NCBI GenBank assembly: GCA_041639695.1
Contig: JBEQBQ010000010.1
Coordinates: forward strand, 1 to 34,256
Direction: 5' to 3'
Source: Candidatus Nanohaloarchaea archaeon
Lineage (GTDB): Archaea > Nanohalarchaeota > Nanosalinia > Nanosalinales > Nanosalinaceae
DNA: 34,256 bases
Below the pieces are notes generated by a model that ran no database searches, was not told the origin of the DNA, and worked only from the letters and a program-made list of their open reading frames with translations. The stretch's first letter is position 1, and every line of letters begins with the position of its first letter. The position numbers were made by a program, and so were the translations under genes. Below, piece by piece: positions 26,647 through 34,256 of the stretch.

Positions 26647-28029
26647 TTATCTAGGCCTCCATACAGGTGTTTCTTCGATTAGTTCTGTGTCGTTGCTGTA
26701 AAGATCTCTCAGGTCGTCGAGTTCCGCAGCCATCATGCCGATTCTTCCAATTCCAAGCCCCCATGCCAACACGGTTGCTTCTACACCTATCATCGGTTCG
26801 ACGACTTCAGGACGGAACAGACCTGCTCCTCCCATACCTAGCCATTCCTCCTCAACGTCGTCCCATACCTGTATCTCAACACTCATCTCCGTGTAAGGAT
26901 AGTATGTCGGGATTAAGCGGAACTCGTCGTACCCCATCTTCTCGAAGAAAGTAGAAAGGTAGCCTTTGAGGTGGGCGAAGTTGAGGTCTTTCCCAACGAC
27001 AATTCCTTCGGCCTGGTCAAAGTCTGCCAAGTGTGTTCTGTCTACTGTTTCGTTTCTGAAAGCTCTTCCGATAACGAAGTATTTTGCCGGAAGATCATCT
27101 TCTTCTAGTTCATTAAGTTTTCTGGCAGAGGCTGCCGTAGTATGTGTTCTGAGGACGTTCTGTTCTGAATCTTCTCGGGACCAGTCGTAGCCCCAGCCCT
27201 TTGAACCGGTCTTCCAGCCATTCTCATGAGCTTGTTTAATATAATCAACTTTGTCCCCGTACTCGGATAAATCGGATTTCTCAGGGTTCTCAACGAAGAA
27301 CGTGTCCTGGAGGTCTCTGGCCGGGTGGTCCTGGGCAATATACAGTGCATCGAAGCATGTGAAGCCAGGTACTACATAGCCGCCTTCCATCTCCTTGAAA
27401 CCCATTTCGATCCATTTCTGTTTAGCGTAATCGATTACTTCACGGTAAAAATGTTTTTTGCCGGTTCTAGGTGTTTCTGCCTTAGCTTCTACGTTGAAAT
27501 CTTCCTCAATATCATTTAGATCAACTTCTTTCCCTTCTTCTGTAAGCTTTACGTTCCTGATCTTACTTGTTTTTACTTCTACAAGCCCTCTTTCCTCGTC
27601 GCTCTTGTTGAAGTCTTCTGCTTTCAGTCTTTCTTTCAGACCATCTGTACCTAGGGCATCTCTTCCTTCTTGTGTTAGTTCGGCTTCTCCCTGTTTGATT
27701 TTTATCCAGTTCTTTTCTCTGGCTTTTCCAAGTGCAATATCTATCTCCAGATCCTGAAGTTCTGACATTTCTTTCGGTCCGTCCTCAAGTCTTTCGATCA
27801 AGAGATGTTCAGGCGAACCGTTTTCTACAACGTTCTCTCCTTCCTCAGTCAGACTTCTCTCTAGCTCTTCCTCTTCATCGACTTCAACTATTCCTTCATC
27901 TTCAAGTTCGAGTACTGCACGGTTGACCATGGACTGGTCGAAGCCCTCTTCCTCGAACTGGCTTATTGTCTTCGAATGATCGGATTTCAGTTCTTCTAGG
28001 ACTTTCTTGGCCTGCTTGGAGAGTTTCAC
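26647..28029 (-). CDS. pheS: Phenylalanyl-tRNA synthetase alpha subunit (archaeal type)
   Basis: QDHPARDLQDTF, LRTHTT, FRNETVD.THL, G.FRPE, AWGLG. Confidence 0.96.
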   Translation of the reverse strand: MKLSKQAKKVLEELKSDHSKTISQFEEEGFDQSMVNRAVLELEDEGIVEVDEEEELERSLTEEGENVVENGSPEHLLIERLEDGPKEMSELQDLEIDIALGKAREKNWIKIKQGEAELTQEGRDALGTDGLKERLKAEDFNKSDEERGLVEVKTSKIRNVKLTEEGKEVDLNDIEEDFNVEAKAETPRTGKKHFYREVIDYAKQKWIEMGFKEMEGGYVVPGFTCFDALYIAQDHPARDLQDTFFVENPEKSDLSEYGDKVDYIKQAHENGWKTGSKGWGYDWSREDSEQNVLRTHTTAASARKLNELEEDDLPAKYFVIGRAFRNETVDRTHLADFDQAEGIVVGKDLNFAHLKGYLSTFFEKMGYDEFRLIPTYYPYTEMSVEIQVWDDVEEEWLGMGGAGLFRPEVVEPMIGVEATVLAWGLGIGRIGMMAAELDDLRDLYSNDTELIEETPVWRPR

Positions 28030-28065
28030 ATCCTCGGATTTTCGATGAAAGCTTTAATATTTACT

Positions 28066-28794
28066 TCAGGCTGTCTCAACCACGGCACCTATCAACACGA
28101 GTAAGGCTCCTAGCAGAACAAGTTTGAGGTAGTCCTTCCAAGTTTCTAGATCGAAGTGTTCCCTGTAAAGCGCTCCCGAGATAAGAGATCCTGCTATACC
28201 TGCGACAATAAACCCTGACATTTCAAAGGAGGCATGCGGAATGTAACAGAGCGGTGAGGGAGTAGGTGAACATCCGAGTAGCGCTGTTGTTGACTGTGCC
28301 TGATTTAGGAGGTAGCCGAAGAAGACCCCCAGGACTGAAGCATTCCATGTTAAAATGAATGATCCTGCGCTGCCGATTATTGCTGCAACCGCCAGTATAG
28401 ATGTGTAAACTATCATGTTGTTAGCTAAAACACCCATGAAAGATACGGAGTTGGTTGCGTATCCTGTAACACCGATTATCTCATTCTGAATTGCAAAAGT
28501 TTCAGGCATGTAGAAACCTAGTGCTGTAAATGCCGCGACCTCGCCCGCGAAAATTGCTCCGTACACCATTATTTCATCCATATGCGGCGCACCTTCTTTC
28601 TCATCTTCCAAGAAAAGCCGTGTCAGAGGGTAAACTAAAGGTACTGCGGCGAATATCACCGTTAGAATATCTGATTGTGTCGGAAACAGAAGTTCTGCCG
28701 CGATAAAACCTGCGATCGATGCCGTCGCTCCAAGCGCAAACAGTAGTGGGAAGTTTTCAGTCTGCTCTTCACGGTAGATTAGCTCCGGCAGCAT
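28066..28794 (-). CDS. SpoIIM (DUF95)-family membrane protein
   Basis: 'NN', 'WNAS..G', 'PH..FE', terminal 'A.VE' motifs. Confidence 0.8.
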   Translation of the reverse strand: MLPELIYREEQTENFPLLFALGATASIAGFIAAELLFPTQSDILTVIFAAVPLVYPLTRLFLEDEKEGAPHMDEIMVYGAIFAGEVAAFTALGFYMPETFAIQNEIIGVTGYATNSVSFMGVLANNMIVYTSILAVAAIIGSAGSFILTWNASVLGVFFGYLLNQAQSTTALLGCSPTPSPLCYIPHASFEMSGFIVAGIAGSLISGALYREHFDLETWKDYLKLVLLGALLVLIGAVVETA

Positions 28795-28830
28795 AGAAGT
28801 AGAATGAAAGAGATTGGTTTAAACCGGTTT

Positions 28831-29178
28831 TCAATCAGCCATAGCAAAATCGGACTTTGAAGACTGCTCCCAACCGGATTCATCCGTAACTCGTTCAGCC
28901 CACAGATTGACCGATTCTCCTCTACCTCCTGATAGAATGGTTTCGGCGTAATCTAGAACTAGCTCGTCTTCCTGCGTTAAACCATTATCTTGAACGTAGA
29001 CAATCCCCCTGTTAAATTCTGTCATTACCTGTAGTTCAACGTTCTCTGATTCAAGGGAGTAGTCAGCCTCACCGTAAATGTTCTGAGGGTTAATATGGAT
29101 ATCTACATCCGAACCTACCGGAAGAGAGTGTTCTGTCTCTGGATCAAGATAGTCCTCAAAAGCGTACATCGATTCCAA
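28831..29178 (-). CDS. Hypothetical acidic protein
   Basis: Acidic ORF; TTG start preceded by GGTG. Confidence 0.65.
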   Translation of the reverse strand: MESMYAFEDYLDPETEHSLPVGSDVDIHINPQNIYGEADYSLESENVELQVMTEFNRGIVYVQDNGLTQEDELVLDYAETILSGGRGESVNLWAERVTDESGWEQSSKSDFAMAD

Positions 29179-29232
29179 GATTTATGCACCTTAGAAACGA
29201 TCAACGGCCAATTTTAAATAAGAAGTGAGGGA

Positions 29233-30330
29233 TTAGAAGTCGAAGTTCTCCTCGATGTACTGCTCGACTTCCTCTGATGCCTCCTCCCTCTTTCTCTGGT
29301 GTTCAGTAAGAAATTCTTCGATCTTCCGCTTCGCGATCTGTTTCAACTCTCCGGAAAGCATCTCTCCTGCTGAGTATTCCTTACGGATTCTCTCAAGCTC
29401 TTCATCGTCCTTAATCAGGTGGAATGCTAAAAGTTCGAAGACCATGTCTTCTTCTACGTCTGCACCTTTCTCGCGGTGTTCCTCTAGACTGTCTTTTCCT
29501 CCGGTCTTCGCCTGATCGATTTTTTCCTTGGCTTCCTCTACCGAATCGGTTAAAGCGATGTAGCTCTTGGGCTTGCTGCTTGACATCTTTCCGCCCTGCA
29601 AACCGCGCATGAACTTGTTGTAAGTCGATGCGGGCTTAACCATTTCCTGATCACGGTACTTTCGGGCGACTTCTCGAGTCAATCTTATGTGAGGATCCTG
29701 GTCGATCCCTACAGGAACCACGGTAGGTTTAGAACCTCCGTTTTCCGGGAACTGCGGTCTTAGGATATCTGCGTACTGAACTTGTGCCGAAGACATTTTG
29801 GCCGGGTCCGCGTTGCCATAAGTTGCCTCCATCTCGTTCTGAGTCAGATAACGACCGAACATAGCCGCTCTTGCTAAGTGATCGTTACCCGCCTGTGACT
29901 GGAAGTAAAAATCAACATTCTCTAAGTCTATTCCTAGCGCAACGTAGTTCTTCAGGTATTCCTCGATCACAAGCTCTCTTGCTTCCTCGAGACTCATATC
30001 CCGAGTATTGTATGCTTCTATATCGGCTGCGGCGATAGTAACTTCCGCACCCATCTCCTGATACATCTTGATCTGGTCTACAACACATTTGTGGCCGAAG
30101 TGGAAGACCCCGGAAGGCATTATACCCGTGATCATCGCGAAGTCCTCGTCCTCATCTCTAGCATCCAAAAGTTTATCCAGGTCTCTGTGACCGAAGACAA
30201 TTCCCCTTCTGATGAATCTGTGGTCGGGAAGTCTGTCTTCTATCTCTTCAATTGGTTCTATTCCGAACTTCTCCATCTTCTCGTTGTAGTTTCCGAGCTC
30301 GACGTCGCCCCATGGATCGATATCTGCCAT
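29233..30330 (-). CDS. trpS: Tryptophanyl-tRNA synthetase (archaeal type)
   Basis: DPW, RR.I.FGHRD, G.MPSG.FHFGH, VG.DQDPH.RL, KMSSS; start ATG 30330, one base after the upstream stop. Confidence 0.96.
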   Translation of the reverse strand: MADIDPWGDVELGNYNEKMEKFGIEPIEEIEDRLPDHRFIRRGIVFGHRDLDKLLDARDEDEDFAMITGIMPSGVFHFGHKCVVDQIKMYQEMGAEVTIAAADIEAYNTRDMSLEEARELVIEEYLKNYVALGIDLENVDFYFQSQAGNDHLARAAMFGRYLTQNEMEATYGNADPAKMSSAQVQYADILRPQFPENGGSKPTVVPVGIDQDPHIRLTREVARKYRDQEMVKPASTYNKFMRGLQGGKMSSSKPKSYIALTDSVEEAKEKIDQAKTGGKDSLEEHREKGADVEEDMVFELLAFHLIKDDEELERIRKEYSAGEMLSGELKQIAKRKIEEFLTEHQRKREEASEEVEQYIEENFDF

Positions 30331-30331
30331 T

Positions 30332-30712
30332 TTATGTAGCCTCTTGGACGGTTTTTGTTCGGGCATTTTCATATAACTCATCGAAGCCTTGTGTTTCTTC
30401 ACCGCGAAGCGTCATAAACTCCATTTCTCCGAAAACTGTGGCCCTGTAATCGCTGCTTTCTTGAGGTGTCACGGCAGCTTCATTCTCAAAGTACGAGCTG
30501 AGAGCTCTTTCAATTTCACCGTAACCCGTATTTGATCTCACTCCAACTATATCGTCCTCGAATGTTTGCATGAAACTTCTAAGCGCGTCCTCGGATCGAA
30601 AGCTCGAGTAATAGTGTTCTCCATCTTTCTCTCGACAGACCGCATAGTCTTCATCTCTGAAGTGAATTCCCGGAAGTGACGGTCCTGTTTCGTCAGGAAA
30701 CCTATAGGTCAT
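30332..30712 (-). CDS. Hypothetical protein coupled to trpS
   Basis: Acidic ORF, 11-nt overlap with the upstream ORF, 1-nt gap to trpS. Confidence 0.7.
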   Translation of the reverse strand: MTYRFPDETGPSLPGIHFRDEDYAVCREKDGEHYYSSFRSEDALRSFMQTFEDDIVGVRSNTGYGEIERALSSYFENEAAVTPQESSDYRATVFGEMEFMTLRGEETQGFDELYENARTKTVQEAT

Positions 30713-30995
30713 CGTATCCCTCCACGTACTCTAGTTCTTCATCAAAATCGAACTCCTCTTCTACTGCGGCTTCTGAGGCTTCAAGCACGTTGTAGGTCTC
30801 GCTCTCCGTCAAGTCGTCAAGGAAAGAAGTATTGTATTCGGGTTCTGTCGGATCTTCGAATGAGAGAACTTGCGCTGTTCTACCGTCTGAAACCTCGGGG
30901 AAACCCTCTGTTAGAACGGCGTACGCTCTAGTGTTCGTTGAAGGAAAGCCTTCATCTTCGATTTCGGTTACGTAGGTTTTGCCAAAAACATCCAC
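30702..30995 (-). CDS. Hypothetical very acidic protein; GTG start lies inside the repeated motif (possibly reached by +1 frameshift)
   Basis: Genome-typical acidic composition; no in-frame ATG upstream (in-frame TGA at 31023-31025). Confidence 0.65.
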   Translation of the reverse strand: MDVFGKTYVTEIEDEGFPSTNTRAYAVLTEGFPEVSDGRTAQVLSFEDPTEPEYNTSFLDDLTESETYNVLEASEAAVEEEFDFDEELEYVEGYDDL

Positions 30996-31026
30996 CCTTT
31001 CGAGCTCTAGTCTGTGCTTCCATCAT
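30952..31026 (-). CDS. Putative leader peptide MMEAQTRARKGGCFWQNLRNRNRR
   Basis: ATG after GTGA, TTTAAA box at about 31059-31064; contains motif copy 1. Confidence 0.45.
   Translation of the reverse strand: MMEAQTRARKGGCFWQNLRNRNRR
30982..31001 (-). repeat. Motif copy 1 GAAAGGGTGGATGTTTTTGG
   Basis: Near-identical to 31261-31282 and 33354-33374. Confidence 0.85.
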
Positions 31027-31244
31027 GAATCACGTTAACCAGCAATTTGTAGAAAAAGTTTAAATAGCTTATATCGGCCGATCAACGTTTTTATGATAGA
31101 ATAAACGCTAGTAAAACTAGAAAGATTCAGAAATAGATAGAAATTCGGATAAAACTTTTCAGCCATGATATCTCAAGAACTGAAGCGATATTGAAGTACT
31201 TTGAATCTAAAAAATCGTGGAATCTATAGTTGTCTCTGGGAGAA

Positions 31245-31289
31245 TCATCTAACTTCCGGCTTCCAAAAACATCCACCTTTCAGAGACAT
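31245..31289 (-). CDS. Putative leader peptide MSLKGGCFWKPEVR
   Basis: ATG about 25 nt downstream of TTTAAG (leaderless geometry); contains motif copy 2. Confidence 0.45.
   Translation of the reverse strand: MSLKGGCFWKPEVR
31261..31282 (-). repeat. Motif copy 2 TGAAAGGTGGATGTTTTTGGAA
   Basis: Matches copy 3 apart from one extra T. Confidence 0.85.
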
Positions 31290-31313
31290 AATTATTGATT
31301 CGACGGAAGTTCC

Positions 31314-32072
31314 TTAAATGTTCATCTTCTCCGCCTTGAAACCAAGCATTCCTTCATAGCCGTTAGTCGACATCAGTACCGGGTAGAAATCTTCTTCCGC
31401 TTCAAGCTTTTCTTCTTCCTTCTCAGCGAAGACCTGTCCTTTTTCGATCATCTCAAAATTCTTGGCTTTGAACTCCCAGTCTCCGTCAACAGTCTCATAA
31501 TATTTGAAGTAGTCTGGATTCGAAAGCTCAAATTCTCGGTCTAAAACATCTTCGGCAGCTAAGTAGTTCAAAAGAACGTTGAAAGCGTTTTCCACCGCCT
31601 GATCTGAACCTTGTAAACCGGTCTCTACAACTATGCCTGTTACCTCGCCATTCAAAGTTCCGTTGCTCTCCGAGAAGTAGACAGCGTTCTCAACCCCCGC
31701 TTTCCTACACATCTCTTTAGTCTCTTCATTTAGATGTGATAGTGTTGCGAATGGTTCAGGATGGGATCTCGTTGTGTGAAGATCCAGGACCTTCATGCCC
31801 TCAACTTCATTTAGGATCTTTGCGGCCAATCTTTCCTCATGACTGTCCGTTTCAGGGGTTCCCGGAAAAGAACGGTTAAGATCAGTATCGAGAAAACGTT
31901 TATTCTCTTCTAATGCTTCTTCATTCGCTATTATGAACTTTACAGGTTTCTCTACCTCCATACCGGATTCAAGAAATTTCTCTATAGCTTTCTTACCGCA
32001 CGGTTCATCTCCGTGAATAGATCCAACTACAGCATGTTTGGGTTCGCCTTCTCCTAGTTTCTCTACTATCAT
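31314..32072 (-). CDS. Succinylglutamate desuccinylase/aspartoacylase-family (M14-like) hydrolase
   Basis: HGDE, DLNR.FPG, LDLH, VETG. Confidence 0.88.
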   Translation of the reverse strand: MIVEKLGEGEPKHAVVGSIHGDEPCGKKAIEKFLESGMEVEKPVKFIIANEEALEENKRFLDTDLNRSFPGTPETDSHEERLAAKILNEVEGMKVLDLHTTRSHPEPFATLSHLNEETKEMCRKAGVENAVYFSESNGTLNGEVTGIVVETGLQGSDQAVENAFNVLLNYLAAEDVLDREFELSNPDYFKYYETVDGDWEFKAKNFEMIEKGQVFAEKEEEKLEAEEDFYPVLMSTNGYEGMLGFKAEKMNI

Positions 32073-32095
32073 ACCAAATGATTGAGGGTTAACGG

Positions 32096-33268
32096 TTATG
32101 AATACTTTTCAAGTGCCTCAACCGCCGCCAATTTTTCACCAGACATTAACCGGACGAAAGCACCTCCAGCAATCGAGACATGGGAGAAATCATCGAGCTC
32201 ATGGCCGAAGCGCTGCACAAGCGACGAAGTATGTCCTCCCCCCAGTACTGTAAACCCGTTATTTCCACCGATTGCATCTACAACCTTTTTCGTTCCTTCC
32301 TCATGCTGTTCGAATGCGCCCATAGGTCCTTTCATCAATACCGAATCAGCGTTTCTAATTATAGAAACATATTTTTCCGTGGTTTTCTCCCCGATATCCC
32401 AGGTCATGCTATCTTCAGGGACTTCGCCTGTTTCGAAGTTTCCGTCCTCTGTAGCCAAATCTTCAGGAAGCTCTATCTTCTCCTCGTACTTATTCAGAAG
32501 TTCTTCGAGCTCTCCGCGTTTCGAATCGAAGCCTTTCTGCTCTATCCATTCGCCTTTCTCTCCGAGATCATGTTCTTGAACGATTAAGGCAAGCTCTCCA
32601 GGGATCCCTCCGAGAAGTACTTTGTCGACCTTCTCTATCATTTCTTCGAGCATCCCAATTATATCCGAAGGTTTTTCACCCCCCAGAACCAGGACAGGAT
32701 CGTCAAGTTCATCCCTCACTTTTCTGCCGCTTTCAAGCTCTTTCTCCATCACTGGCCCGGAGTAAGAATCAAGCAGAGGCGTGAAACCTACGATCGAGCC
32801 GTGAGACCGGTGGGCTGCGGAGAACCCATCATCAACAAAGATATCGGCTTCTTCCGCGATCCTCTGAACGAAGATATCATTCGAGTGATCTCCAGGTGTT
32901 GCGTTCCTTAACTCTTCTGAAAGAAACCGGACGTTCTCAAGTAAAGCAACATCGCCCGACTCCATCGAACCCAAAGTTTTCGATAGCTGGTCTCCGAAGA
33001 ATGATTCTAAAAATTCTACTTCTTGACCAAGGTTTTCTTCTAAGTGTTCTGAGTGTTTCTCTAAGGATAGGAAGTCGTTTCTTCCCGGCCTTCCTTGATG
33101 TGCCAGAACCAAAGTTTTTGCTCCTCTCTCGGAAAGCTTCTCTATAGTATTAAGATAGCGTTTGAATCTTACTGTTTCCTGTGGCTCGCCGTTTTCGACG
33201 GGAAGGTTGAGATCTGTTCTGAGAATTACTTTTTTTCCTTCGAGTTCGGCGTCTTCGAGCGTGTTCAT
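32096..33268 (-). CDS. pgk: Phosphoglycerate kinase
   Basis: RTDLNLP, AHQGRPG, LLENVRF, AHRSH, DIG..T, GPMG.FE, GGGHT, HVS.AGGA. Confidence 0.96.
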   Translation of the reverse strand: MNTLEDAELEGKKVILRTDLNLPVENGEPQETVRFKRYLNTIEKLSERGAKTLVLAHQGRPGRNDFLSLEKHSEHLEENLGQEVEFLESFFGDQLSKTLGSMESGDVALLENVRFLSEELRNATPGDHSNDIFVQRIAEEADIFVDDGFSAAHRSHGSIVGFTPLLDSYSGPVMEKELESGRKVRDELDDPVLVLGGEKPSDIIGMLEEMIEKVDKVLLGGIPGELALIVQEHDLGEKGEWIEQKGFDSKRGELEELLNKYEEKIELPEDLATEDGNFETGEVPEDSMTWDIGEKTTEKYVSIIRNADSVLMKGPMGAFEQHEEGTKKVVDAIGGNNGFTVLGGGHTSSLVQRFGHELDDFSHVSIAGGAFVRLMSGEKLAAVEALEKYS

Positions 33269-33352
33269 GCTGAAAGGTTGGTTCAGCTTGTTTTTGAAGC
33301 TTCCCGGGCCGTATAAAAGCCTTCACCCACTATTATTCATTAGGTGCCACGA

Positions 33353-33400
33353 ATGAAAGGTGGATGTTTTGGAATCCCTCAAATCGAGGGAACGGCTTAG
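33353..33400 (+). CDS. Putative Gly-rich leader peptide MKGGCFGIPQIEGTA upstream of glyS
   Basis: TATAAAA at 33312, SD AGGTG at 33342-33346, ATG 33353; contains motif copy 3. Confidence 0.5.
   Translation: MKGGCFGIPQIEGTA
33354..33374 (+). repeat. Motif copy 3 TGAAAGGTGGATGTTTTGGAA
   Basis: Matches copies 1 and 2, on the opposite strand. Confidence 0.85.
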
Positions 33401-33424
33401 AACTCTGGAACCATCTAGAGTTTT
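33399..33424 (+). promoter_or_regulatory. 11-bp hairpin at the leader-ORF stop codon (attenuator/terminator-like)
   Basis: AGAACTCTGGA-acca-TCTAGAGTTTT with two G:U pairs. Confidence 0.45.
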
Positions 33425-33487
33425 CTATACACAACTTAAAAGCTTCAAAAAGATCGGTCTCAACTGTTTCTCCATGAGGTATCTGAA

Positions 33488-34256
33488 ATGAGTACTAGCG
33501 AGAAACTTGTCGAAGTCGCAAAGAGAAGAGGATTCTTCTCACAGACCGCCGAAAGCTATGGCGGTGTCGCAGGCTTCTACACCTTCGGACCAGAAGGCGC
33601 AGAACTGAAGAGAAATATCGAAAACCTTTGGAGAGACCGCTTCAACACTAAAGAAGGACATAGGGAGATAGAGGCTCCTACGATTATGCCGGAACCGGTT
33701 TTCGAGGCTTCAGGACATCTTGAAACCTTTGACGATATGATCATCGAGTGTCCGGAATGTCAAAGCTCGATAAGAGCAGACCACTTGGTTGAAGACAACA
33801 CGAACATAGAGGAGGCTGAATCCTTCCCGACCGAGAAAGTCGAGCAAATCATCGAGGACGAAGACCTTGTCTGTGGATCCTGCGGACACGAACTAGCAGG
33901 TATAGATGTCAACGACTTCAACCTGATGTTTGAGACCAATATCGGGCCAGGCGACTCGAACCCAGGCTACTTGAGACCGGAGACCGCACAGGGTATCTTC
34001 GCGGAGTTCCCAAGGTTCAAAGAGTATGCAAGGAACCAGCTTCCGTTCGGAATAACCCAGATCGGTAAAGCATACAGGAACGAGATCTCACCCAGAAAAT
34101 CAATTATCAGGGTAAGAGAGTTTACACAAGCCGAGCTAGAACACTTCATCCATCCTCACGACGATGAACCAAACCTGGAGAAGGTTGAAGATGTCGAGCT
34201 CACTCTTTACCCAGCAACAGAACAGCAGAAGGATGAAGGCGAGTACAAGCAGATGA
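33488..34256 (+). CDS. glyS: Glycyl-tRNA synthetase (archaeal/eukaryotic type), 5' part (not in the ORF track)
   Basis: Read by hand: MSTSEKLVEVAKRRGFF…YGGVAGFYTFGPEG…ASGH..TFDD…RADHL…FNLMF.TNIGP…YLRPETAQGIF..F…QIGKAYRNEISPR..IIRVREFTQAELEHF; SD GAGGT. Confidence 0.96.
   Translation, partial: MSTSEKLVEVAKRRGFFSQTAESYGGVAGFYTFGPEGAELKRNIENLWRDRFNTKEGHREIEAPTIMPEPVFEASGHLETFDDMIIECPECQSSIRADHLVEDNTNIEEAESFPTEKVEQIIEDEDLVCGSCGHELAGIDVNDFNLMFETNIGPGDSNPGYLRPETAQGIFAEFPRFKEYARNQLPFGITQIGKAYRNEISPRKSIIRVREFTQAELEHFIHPHDDEPNLEKVEDVELTLYPATEQQKDEGEYKQM

Noticed and set aside
30331-30402. N-terminal extension of TrpRS in the ORF track
   Set aside because: Overlaps the upstream gene; TrpRS similarity begins at MADIDPW (ATG 30330)
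30985-31001. T-box riboswitch (AAGGGTGGA resembles AGGGUGGNACC) upstream of the synthetases
   Set aside because: No ACC(GCG) continuation, no Stem I visible, leaders too short, and T-boxes are bacterial
30982-33374. The three motif copies as CRISPR repeats or transposon terminal inverted repeats
   Set aside because: Irregular spacing, mixed orientation, no cas or transposase gene, and the enclosed genes are housekeeping (pgk)

Overview
Gene-dense archaeal chromosomal window with a strongly acidic cytoplasmic proteome, archaeal-type PheRS/TrpRS/GlyRS, Pth2, TruD and HerA-like genes, TATA-type promoters and GGTGA Shine-Dalgarno sites. It most likely comes from a nanohaloarchaeon (DPANN); this is inferred, not searched. 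Bases 1-12.4 kb are a cell-surface locus: a secreted 355-aa protein, a second protein carrying a related C-terminal domain, several membrane-anchored Ig-like proteins, a MoxR/DUF58/vWA (Bat-like) module and an HEXXH membrane peptidase. Together they look like a non-type-IV surface-fibre assembly system. Bases 13.4-18.9 kb are a glycosylation cluster. The rest is housekeeping: truD, pth2, tRNA-Val(TAC) with a non-canonical D-arm intron, a HerA-like ATPase, ndk, pspC, pheST, trpS, pgk and partial glyS. The most unusual signal is a ~21-bp motif (AAR GGT GGA TGT TTT TGG/GGA) found three times within 2.4 kb. Each copy lies in an unannotated short ATG-initiated ORF reading K-G-G-C-F-X and has a longer open +1 frame. 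X is Trp in the two copies upstream of trpS and Gly in the copy upstream of glyS, which suggests an amino-acid-sensing leader or frameshift control of aminoacyl-tRNA synthetases.
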